DNA from: Candidatus Subterrananammoxibius californiae
GTDB lineage: Bacteria > Planctomycetota > Brocadiia > Brocadiales > Subterrananammoxibiaceae
Assembly (NCBI GenBank): GCA_030586555.1
Contig: JAURAC010000043.1
Location: 1 to 20,151, forward strand
DNA: 20,151 nt
Reading direction: 5' to 3'
Shown here: in pieces, positions 1 through 6,861 of the stretch
How positions within the stretch are numbered: the stretch's first letter is position 1
Layout: each line of letters starts with the position of its first letter
Position numbers and translations under genes: made by a program
The notes under the pieces: model-generated
The model's database searches: none
What the model was told of the DNA's origin: nothing
What the model saw: the letters and a program-made list of their open reading frames with translations, nothing else

Positions 1-1
1 G

Positions 2-331
2 GATTTCTTAACAAATTTCATGAGTAGATATAGAAATAAAACAGCTAAAATAAAAGAATTTAAAAATTCTTTTACAGAAACTGTTTCTTCCATCTACCAA
101 AAATTGAAGCCTAACCCATTTAGGATTAAAGTGGGTCTCAATGCTGCTGCGTTTGATTCAATAATGGTTGCATTTGCCTTAAACTTAGATAGAATTCCCA
201 GCGATATAGAATCTCGCCATGAGCAACTTTTGAAGGATGACGCATATATAAACTGTATTTATAAAGTTACAACAGATGAAAAAGTTGTAAAACAAAGAAT
301 TTCACTTGCTATTGAAAAACTTTTTAAATGA
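2..331 (+). CDS. 3' end of a probable DUF262 (ParB-like/GmrSD-type) domain protein, truncated by the window edge
   Basis: The frame is open from position 2 (DFLTNFMSRYRN...). The C-terminus (PFR...LNAAAFDSIMVAFA...TTDEKVVKQRI) resembles the tails of DUF262 proteins that precede small HEPN genes, and its stop overlaps the next ATG. The DUF262 core itself is outside the window. Confidence 0.55.
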   Translation, partial: DFLTNFMSRYRNKTAKIKEFKNSFTETVSSIYQKLKPNPFRIKVGLNAAAFDSIMVAFALNLDRIPSDIESRHEQLLKDDAYINCIYKVTTDEKVVKQRISLAIEKLFK

Positions 332-708
332 TAAATTGTCAGTATTTGCAAATTAAATTTAAAGATATTGAAGAAAAACTTAACAAGGCAAAAAATGCAA
401 GTGTGAACGATCCGGAGCTTTCTGCAATGTTAAGTTCTTATCTCGTTGTTTTTATTTCGGGAATCTACGAGGATATTATTGAATATTTGTTCGTTCAAAG
501 AGCTGGGAAAAATAATGATAAAGAAGTAGAGAGTCTTGTAAAAACTCTTATTGATAGGCAATTTCGTAATCCTGAATATGAAAATATAAGAAAGTTAATA
601 AAAGCCCTTGGTTCTAATCATGAAACAGCCTTGCAATCTAAAATCGATGAAGAAAACAAAGCAGGAATAACTAGTGCTTTATTAATCAATAAATGATACT
701 TTTTATAT

Positions 709-737
709 TTGACATTATTATGTAACTATGATAACCT
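709..737 (+). promoter_or_regulatory. Putative sigma70 promoter of the transposase
   Basis: TTGACA (709-714), 17 nt spacer, TAACCT (732-737) preceded by TGn; AGGAGG RBS at 765-770. Confidence 0.5.
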
Positions 738-746
738 TCTTTCTAA

Positions 747-761
747 TCCGCCTAAGGTGGA
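747..761. repeat. 15-bp mini-palindrome TCCGCC-TAA-GGTGGA inside the IS leader
   Basis: One mismatch from the copy at 11652-11666. Confidence 0.6.
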
Positions 762-774
762 AAAAGGAGGTATC

Positions 775-1835
775 ATGAGTTTGTATGTTCGTTCTTTGAC
801 AGCTAAAGAAGGTGCAGAATTAGATAATATCGCTCGTAATGGAAACGATGTTAAATTTGCCCGAAGAGCCCAGGTTATTTTGGCTTCAAATGCCAAAACT
901 AAGGTAAATCAAATTGCTCAGGTTATTGGATATTCGGTTCTTCAAGTTCGGCGAATTATTCATGCCTTCAATAAGCATGGTACCAGCGGAGTTAGACCCA
1001 ACTATCAGGGTGGTCATCCTCCTACTTTCACCGAACAGCAACGCCGTATAGTAGTAGAACTCGCCGAGAGTCGCCCAAAAGATTGGGGCTACCCTCTGTC
1101 TCAATGGTCTCTTTCACAGCTGCAGTTGGTTTTAATCAAGAAAAAGAAATTTCCTTACATAAGTCGTCCAACGATCCGTGCTATTTTGAGAGAAGCCGGG
1201 CTTACATATCAAAGAACAAAAACCTGGAAACAATCAAATGATCCTCAGTTTGATAAAAAAAACGGCTCATAAAACAACTATACGAAAGACAGCCACGCAG
1301 GTGTCGGGTAATTTGTGTTGATGAGTTTGGACCTTTAGAAATTCGTCCTTATGCTGGTACATGCTGGGCACCGGTTAAAAGACCTCAAAGATTACCAGCA
1401 ACTTACACTCGTCCCCATGGAGTTAGACATTTACTTGCTGGTTACGATCTTAGAACAGATACATTATTTGGCATTATTCGGCGCCGTAAAAGGTCCAAAG
1501 AATTCTTAAGTTTTCTTAAGTTAATCCGTAGGCGCTATCCATTTGAGAGACGGTTGATTATCATTTTGGATAACTTTTCTCCACACAAAAAAGAAAAAGT
1601 ATTTCAATGGTGCCGATTAAATGGTGTTTGGTTGATATTTACAGCGACCAATGCCTCATGGATGAACAGAATTGAAGCCCAATTTGGATCAGTTCGTTAT
1701 TTTGTGTTGAAAAATTCTTATCCTCTAAACCATAACGAACTGGAACGAAATATCAAAGAGCATTTAAAATGGCGAAATAATAACTGCCATGACTCATTTT
1801 TAAAAAAATTACAAAAGAAAACATATGTTACTTAA
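775..1835 (+). CDS. IS630-family transposase, two ORFs joined by a -1 frameshift at A8 (1255-1262), ~353 aa
   Basis: ORF A (ATG 775, strong RBS) has HTH motifs (RRAQVIL...WSLSQL). The -1 frame is open from the A-run to TAA 1835 and carries the DDE triad VCVDE / ILDNFSPH / WMNRIE. Confidence 0.9.
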
Positions 1836-2122
1836 CAAAGCACTAGTATTGTCAAAAATAAAAACAAAGTTGCGCATGGTGGAATTTCTAATGCCACTCT
1901 TAATGATGTTATTGACTATCATAATAGCGCTATAAAAATTTTTGAAGAATTAGAAAATATTCTATTGTAGTGAGAAATGAGCAAATTAATATGTCTTACC
2001 TTAGATGAAAAATTTATCACTGCACAGGAATGGTATTTATTTTATATTAGAAAATACTGAAAAACTTATTCACTGTTTTACTCTACCAATGAACAAGCTT
2101 AGTATGGGAAGCAGAATAAGCT

Positions 2123-2269
2123 ATGACTAAAAAACAAATAATCATTAAACTTTATAAAGATAAATTTATAGATGAACGAGTATTGTGGAATCTGTTAGGT
2201 TCAAGATTTAAAAAATCTGAAATAGAACAAATAGATAAGACGTTTAAAAAGCATTTTCCTCACAAGTGA
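2123..2269 (+). CDS. Possible 48-aa basic hypothetical protein or gene remnant
   Basis: ATG...TGA ORF MTKKQIIIKLYKDKFIDERVLWNLLGSRFKKSEIEQIDKTFKKHFPHK in AT-rich DNA; no recognisable domain. Confidence 0.25.
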   Translation: MTKKQIIIKLYKDKFIDERVLWNLLGSRFKKSEIEQIDKTFKKHFPHK

Positions 2270-2324
2270 AGTAATGTCTTATAATTCTTAAAACCTGTCC
2301 TTGAACAGGGCGATAGGGACAAAT

Positions 2325-2918
2325 ATGACCTGGTTTGATTATTCGTTAATTGCCATTCTTTTATTAACGACCCTTTTAGGCTTGTGGAATGGGCTATGGT
2401 GGCAAATCTACAGGCTTATCAGTCTCGCCGCATCGTATGTCATAGCCGTCCGTTTTTACGGCATAGGAGCCAGAATTTGTGAGAAGGTGCTTGACGAAAA
2501 GACCGCTAAAATAGCTGGATGCATCCTTGTATTTGTCGTGGTGCTTGGGGCAACTTATTTATTCGGAAAGCTCGCCAAAAAGGTGTTCGGCATTAAGCCG
2601 GGAATTCTTGGACATCTTTCTGGCGGGATGCTCGGCTTTTTAAAAGGCGTTTTGATATGCAGTGTAATCGCCTTTTGCCTGTTAGAATACAATATAGCCG
2701 GGAAGAAAGAAGACCTTAGAATAACACCTTTAACAAGGGCGTTTGCCAGGGTAGGCGAACGCATCGCATCCATCGTCCCAGAACATCTAAAGGCAGGATT
2801 TGAGGCGTTTGTAAAAGAAACTTCGACAAAGACAAAAGAGGCGGTAAATGATATATCAGAATTGGGAGGAATGGTAAACGAGTTCAAACAACACGAAGAG
2901 GTAGACAGTAGACAGTAG
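2325..2918 (+). CDS. cvpA: CvpA (colicin V production) family membrane protein
   Basis: MTWFDYSLIAILL...GLWNGL start, four hydrophobic segments and the GGMLGFLKG motif. ATG 2325 is preferred over TTG 2301. Confidence 0.8.
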   Translation: MTWFDYSLIAILLLTTLLGLWNGLWWQIYRLISLAASYVIAVRFYGIGARICEKVLDEKTAKIAGCILVFVVVLGATYLFGKLAKKVFGIKPGILGHLSGGMLGFLKGVLICSVIAFCLLEYNIAGKKEDLRITPLTRAFARVGERIASIVPEHLKAGFEAFVKETSTKTKEAVNDISELGGMVNEFKQHEEVDSRQ

Positions 2919-2991
2919 ACAGCATATAGGGCTGAGGAAAATAAACAATTTCTTTTTCCCTATTTACTACCTACTCTATACTATCTACTGT
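2901..2991. repeat. Inverted arrays of heptamer repeats (GTAGACA-like) at convergent gene ends; possible bidirectional terminator
   Basis: GTAGACA x3 + GCATATAGGG on + strand; CAGTAGA TAGTATA GAGTAGG TAGTAAA TAGGG on - strand. Both genes' TAG stops fall within the repeats. Confidence 0.6.
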
Positions 2992-4668
2992 TTTTTCGAT
3001 TTTCATCAGCATTCCTTTCATTAAGCGGGCATTCCTCTGGGTTCTCATGTAAAGCTCTAAAATATCCCTCTTTGTAAGGGCAGTTATATCTTCTGCCATG
3101 TTGGTTTTCTCAATTACGTAAAGATTAGTTAAGAAGGATGCGCAGCCTTCTATTTCAATAATCTTCCTATCTATATCACCAATCCTTTCTGAAAACGATG
3201 CTGACTCAGTACCCATATTTATAAGCTTGACGCCTGCACCACAAAGGGTGCTCAACTCATTAAAGGACTGAATATGTTTCTTAAGGCTTCGACCTGAGCT
3301 CAGCCGAAGGTCAATGAGCGATGCTTCAATCGTGTAATATTTTTCAATCTCATTAAAGAAATCCTTTGCTTCAGTAATTTTGCGAGAAACACCCAGATAG
3401 CCCTTCCAGAAATTTCTGTAGCAATACCTTAATATATCACCATCAGTTAAATGACGTTTGATTATAGGGACACATTCCAACATGCCATCGCAGTCAAACT
3501 GTGTTCTGTAGAGGCTTACATCCACACTTTCCAATGCGGAATTATTCCGCTCGCTACAATCCACAATCCGCATTGTGGAAAGTACCATTTCTGGTGATAT
3601 TAAGTCCCTGCACCTGAGTTCCTTGCACAACGTAGCCTCGGTGCAGGGCTGGCAGAAAAGGTTGGGCTGTAATAGCAAATGTCCTTCACCGTAAGGGGCG
3701 GTATCATGGACAAAGCAGGTGGAAAGGAAGATGCCAATAACTTTAGTACCTACTGCGGCAGCTATATGGGCGGTAAGGGTGTCGTTAGAAATAAGATACT
3801 GGCACCGCTGGAGCATTGCCCCGAGCTGTTTAATATTAGTCTTTCCTATTGCGTTTATAGGCTTATTGTTCATCAAACTGCAAACATCCTTACCAAGTTG
3901 TACCTCGAGGGGATGTCCGAATAAGATTAATTTTGCGCCTTCATTTTTTATTAGTTCATCGCCCAGTCTTGCGAAATATTTTGAGGGCCATGTCTTGTGA
4001 GCCCTGCTTGCGCCTAACTGAAATCCTACCACAAAATCGTTATCCGTAATCCCGTTCTCTTTATAGAACCTTTCGCTAAAAGCTTTAGATTCGCCGTCTA
4101 TTGGTAGAAATGGTTGCCATTGGCTTCGACTGAGCGGCTCGACTGAGCTCGCCGAAGTCTCAGCCGAACGTCTCCCAAAAGGAATCTCCCCAACGCCGAG
4201 ATGGATGTCCACCATGTTGAACGAATTATAAATCCTGTGCTTCAGGAGGCTAAAGAAATAAATCATCCACTTTTGCCTGTGATACCTGAATCCATCCTCG
4301 GCGTAGGACACGCCCTTTGTGTCTCTGACCTTTAATAAATAAGCTATCAAGGCGCTAAGGTCATCTGAACTAATGTTTATTACAAGGTCAAACTTTCGCT
4401 TCCTGAGTTCCTCAATAAAGGCGTGGATTTTATCGTAAGAAGCCTTAAGGGGGATATCCTTGCACTGTATTTCCTTTATTAACCCCCCTTTGTCGAAAAG
4501 GAATATCTCGTCAACATAAGGATTCCCTATCAGAACCTCTGCATAATCCCTTTGTGCAACAACAGCAAGATAACTTTTGTGGTATTTCTCCTTAAGAGCT
4601 GGGAAAAGAGGAGTGGTTTCTATGATATCGCCAAATCTGTGAAGTTGTATTACGAGGATTCTTTTCAT
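2971..4668 (-). CDS. Glycosyltransferase family 9 (heptosyltransferase-like) with C-terminal extension
   Basis: Motifs MKRILVIQLHRFGDII, NPYVDEI, QLGAS..K.WP, GKTNIKQL, ISNDT..AHIAAAVG, and a CxPC...C...C motif. Confidence 0.9.
   Translation of the reverse strand: MKRILVIQLHRFGDIIETTPLFPALKEKYHKSYLAVVAQRDYAEVLIGNPYVDEIFLFDKGGLIKEIQCKDIPLKASYDKIHAFIEELRKRKFDLVINISSDDLSALIAYLLKVRDTKGVSYAEDGFRYHRQKWMIYFFSLLKHRIYNSFNMVDIHLGVGEIPFGRRSAETSASSVEPLSRSQWQPFLPIDGESKAFSERFYKENGITDNDFVVGFQLGASRAHKTWPSKYFARLGDELIKNEGAKLILFGHPLEVQLGKDVCSLMNNKPINAIGKTNIKQLGAMLQRCQYLISNDTLTAHIAAAVGTKVIGIFLSTCFVHDTAPYGEGHLLLQPNLFCQPCTEATLCKELRCRDLISPEMVLSTMRIVDCSERNNSALESVDVSLYRTQFDCDGMLECVPIIKRHLTDGDILRYCYRNFWKGYLGVSRKITEAKDFFNEIEKYYTIEASLIDLRLSSGRSLKKHIQSFNELSTLCGAGVKLINMGTESASFSERIGDIDRKIIEIEGCASFLTNLYVIEKTNMAEDITALTKRDILELYMRTQRNARLMKGMLMKIEKTVDSIE
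3285..3312. repeat. Short palindromic element GGCTTCGACCTGAGCTCAGCCGAAGGTC inside the GT9 CDS
   Basis: GC-rich hairpin with a perfect CTGAGCTCAG core; near-identical to the outer element at 4122-4172; translated as DLRLSSGRS. Confidence 0.75.
4122..4172. repeat. Nested pair of short palindromic elements inside the GT9 CDS
   Basis: Outer GGCTTCGACTGAGC|TCAGCCGAACGTC (27 bp) is split by inner GGCTCGACTGAGCTCGCCGAAGTC (24 bp, 4136-4159). The total is 51 bp and the frame is preserved. Confidence 0.8.
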
Positions 4669-4883
4669 TTATTGTCGGACGAAGGCACATGGAAGTCTTC
4701 TAAATGTCTCATTATAAGCAAGATTGCCTTTTCGTCAGAAAGCCCCCCACCTTTGGTAAACATTGGCTCTGCAAGCGCATGGGTGCTTGTTACCTTGCTT
4801 AGCAATTCCTTCAATTCTACCGTCTGCTGTCTTTGAACGGGATGTAAAACTTCAGTGGGTTTCATTTTCTCTAACCGCTTCAA
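4665..4883 (-). CDS. Hypothetical 72-aa ORF or 3' remnant of a gene coupled to GT9
   Basis: Its TGA overlaps the GT9 ATG (ATGA); weak TTG start and no recognisable domain. Confidence 0.35.
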   Translation of the reverse strand: MKRLEKMKPTEVLHPVQRQQTVELKELLSKVTSTHALAEPMFTKGGGLSDEKAILLIMRHLEDFHVPSSDNK

Positions 4884-4918
4884 TACTTCTGATAAATTTA
4901 TTTATTATGCCACTTTTT

Positions 4919-5254
4919 TCATATCCTTATGCCATCGGTTTTAATATGGTAGTGTAGGGGCCATTCCAGATCTTCAATTTCTTCCTCAGATAAAGGATTT
5001 ACAGAAATTAACTCACCGCTTTCGAGTTCCAGGTCATATAATGCATCACAGAGCCGATCTAATTCCTTTACCTTATCCACTTTTCCTTTAAGCAAGACTG
5101 CAATATCTATGTCCGATTCCTTTGTTGCCCTATTTCTTGCAAAAGAACCATAGAGAAAAACATCTATAAGACGGTTACCATAAATTTTTTCAACGATTTC
5201 TCTTATCCGTGGTAGAATACGCTCTATCTCTTTTCTTGGTCTCAGAAGTTTCAT
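4919..5254 (-). CDS. Minimal nucleotidyltransferase (MNT) domain protein, HEPN/MNT antitoxin type
   Basis: LYGSFARNRATKESDIDIAV is the GSx10DxD Pol-beta-superfamily motif; 111 aa; GAGG RBS. Confidence 0.9.
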   Translation of the reverse strand: MKLLRPRKEIERILPRIREIVEKIYGNRLIDVFLYGSFARNRATKESDIDIAVLLKGKVDKVKELDRLCDALYDLELESGELISVNPLSEEEIEDLEWPLHYHIKTDGIRI

Positions 5255-5290
5255 TTTATCCTCACTTCACTCTCAAAACCGTATTTGTTG

Positions 5291-5427
5291 TCAAACATTT
5301 TCTAACGCTTTCAATACGGAAGACATTTGTTTTTTAAGTTCAGGAATATCCTTTTGAGTTACTTCCCATACACGCATTTAAATTGTAGGGGCGTATTGCA
5401 ATACGCCCCTACGATATCCTTCCGCAT
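5291..5427 (-). pseudogene. Remnant of a HepT/DUF86-type HEPN toxin with its centre missing
   Basis: Likely start MRKD at 5427, then a REP palindrome, then the C-terminal fragment (M)RVWEVTQKDIPELKKQMSSVLKALENV* (5377-5291), which resembles the DUF86 'VW....D.P.L...' tail. The RxxxxH core is absent. Confidence 0.7.
5385..5412. repeat. GTAG-type REP, perfect 28-bp palindrome GTAGGGGCGTATTGCAATACGCCCCTAC
   Basis: The sequence is its own reverse complement with GTAG ends; a second copy lies at 14314-14340. Confidence 0.85.
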
Positions 5428-5445
5428 AAATTACCTTCATAGATT

Positions 5446-5757
5446 TCAGAATCTCGTTTCTTGCATTTTTTTCAGAGCTTCTATTTCACCAATATCAACT
5501 TTCCTTTTGAAGGCGCCCCGAAGTTTATATTGTAATTCAACTAAATCTAATAAGGATTTTCTACTACCTTTTCTAAATTTTATCACCAGGTCAACATCGC
5601 TTCTTTTTCTTTGTTCACCTCTGACAAAAGAGCCAAATATAGCCATAAAAACCACATCATTTTCTTCACAGATTTTAAGGAGCTTTTCTCTTAATCCCTT
5701 TTTCCTTAATGAGGGTGGTATGTTATTAGTATCAATCATTACATTTCCTTCCATCAT
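5446..5757 (-). CDS. MntA-like nucleotidyltransferase antitoxin, C-terminus probably frameshifted
   Basis: IFGSFVRGEQRKRSDVDL and SLLDLVEL...RKVDI motifs. One extra A in the A7 run (5466-5472) would give the family-like tail LKKNARNEILKSMKVIYAEG. The true start may be ATG 5739. Confidence 0.8.
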   Translation of the reverse strand: MMEGNVMIDTNNIPPSLRKKGLREKLLKICEENDVVFMAIFGSFVRGEQRKRSDVDLVIKFRKGSRKSLLDLVELQYKLRGAFKRKVDIGEIEALKKMQETRF

Positions 5758-5771
5758 TCAATAAATTAGCG

Positions 5772-6839
5772 CTACGTTGTTTTTGGGCCCTCAAGTATTT
5801 GCGGGAGTTCTGCGGATTCAACCTGGGTTAGTTTGCTCTCAAACTTATCCAGGCATTTTTCTGCACTTTCGTATTTTGCCTTAGCATTGCTCAAATGCGT
5901 ACCGAGGGTATCAAATTCTTTTAAAAACTTTGAGAAGTCGTCCCGCAGCCTTGTCAGATTACGGATTATCTCCAGCGCCCCACGCTCTATCCTCATGCCT
6001 TTAAGCCCCAGCAATATGGATTGTAAATATGCATAAAAGCTGTTTGGAGATACAGGAATCACTCTCTTATTAATGGCATAATCGCTTATGCTTTTCTCCT
6101 CGCCTGAAGAGGCATCCTTAATAATCATTTCATAATAGACATTCTCTGCCGGAATATACATCAAGGCGAATTCAAACGTATCTTCATCGGGCAGGATGTA
6201 TTTTTGTGCTATACTATCTATATGAATTTTTACATCTTTAATAAATTGCTTACGAAATGTCCTTTTCTCGTTTTCATCCTTAGCATCAATGAGCTTCTTG
6301 AAGTTTTCAAGGGGAAATTTTGCATCTACAGAGACCAACCCCTGTCCAAGGCGAATCACGGCATCTACGCGTTCACCACTCTTGAAGGTGTACTGGGGTG
6401 TGAAATGGTCCACAGGAAGTATCTGCGCAAGCAAATCGCCGAGGAATAGTTCCCCAAGACCGCCCCGCATCTTTGGTGGACGAAGGATTTCCTGAAGACC
6501 AGAAATATCCTTCCCTATCTCGTATATTCTTTTACTGGCTTCCACCTGCTCTGCAAGACGAATCCGCACATCTCCTACGGCCTGATTAATAAGTTGGAAC
6601 CCCCCATCAAGACTCTCACCGACCCGGTTACGCAAGGAATCAATCTGCTGTTGCAATAAAAGGATGGACTGATTAGTTTGCTGGGTACTCCCGTTGAGGA
6701 TATTTTTAAACTGCTCTTGAAGTGAAAGCAGTTGTTGTTGCAAAAGTAAATTGAGATAGTTATCTGTTTTCGGCTTTAAACTACTCCAGATAACGACTCC
6801 CAATACTATTATCAAAAGCCCAATAAGTAAATATTCCAT
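5772..6839 (-). CDS. rmuC: DNA recombination protein RmuC
   Basis: N-terminal TM, coiled coil, PKMRGGLGE, VDAKFPL, I..KYI.P..T.EFALMYIPAE and IPVSP motifs. ATG 6839 with an AGGGG RBS is preferred over the ORF-track start. Confidence 0.92.
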   Translation of the reverse strand: MEYLLIGLLIIVLGVVIWSSLKPKTDNYLNLLLQQQLLSLQEQFKNILNGSTQQTNQSILLLQQQIDSLRNRVGESLDGGFQLINQAVGDVRIRLAEQVEASKRIYEIGKDISGLQEILRPPKMRGGLGELFLGDLLAQILPVDHFTPQYTFKSGERVDAVIRLGQGLVSVDAKFPLENFKKLIDAKDENEKRTFRKQFIKDVKIHIDSIAQKYILPDEDTFEFALMYIPAENVYYEMIIKDASSGEEKSISDYAINKRVIPVSPNSFYAYLQSILLGLKGMRIERGALEIIRNLTRLRDDFSKFLKEFDTLGTHLSNAKAKYESAEKCLDKFESKLTQVESAELPQILEGPKTT

Positions 6840-6861
6840 TTGCCCCCTTACATAAAAAATT

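Larger units (their letters stand above)
674..1843 (+). mobile_element. Complete IS630-family insertion sequence (~1170 bp)
   Basis: Left end CTAGTGCTTTATTAA (671-685) and right end TTAACAAAGCACTAG (1832-1846) are inverted repeats with 1 mismatch. TA is duplicated at 672-673 and 1844-1845 within a CTAG target. The element encodes an HTH + DDE transposase. Confidence 0.95.
328..1970 (+). pseudogene. HEPN-domain protein (RiboL-PSP-HEPN / MAE_28990-like) interrupted by IS630
   Basis: Removing the IS and one TA copy joins 328-673 to 1846-1970 in frame: ...KAGITS-IVKNKNKVAHGGISNATLNDVIDYHNSAIKIFEELENILL* (156 aa). The N-terminal YLVVFISGIYE helix and the xNxxAHG motif are typical of HEPN. Confidence 0.8.

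Noticed and set aside
328..696. 122-aa ORF as a complete gene
   Set aside because: Its last residues (ALLINK*) come from the IS left end; the true C-terminus resumes at 1846.
709..774. TTG start at 709 for the transposase, and 1554..1835 as a separate gene
   Set aside because: The TTG is part of a -35 box and ATG 775 has a strong RBS; 1554-1835 is the tail of the frameshifted DDE ORF.
5327..5764. 145-aa + strand ORF
   Set aside because: Antisense shadow of the MNT gene and REP, with no recognisable features.
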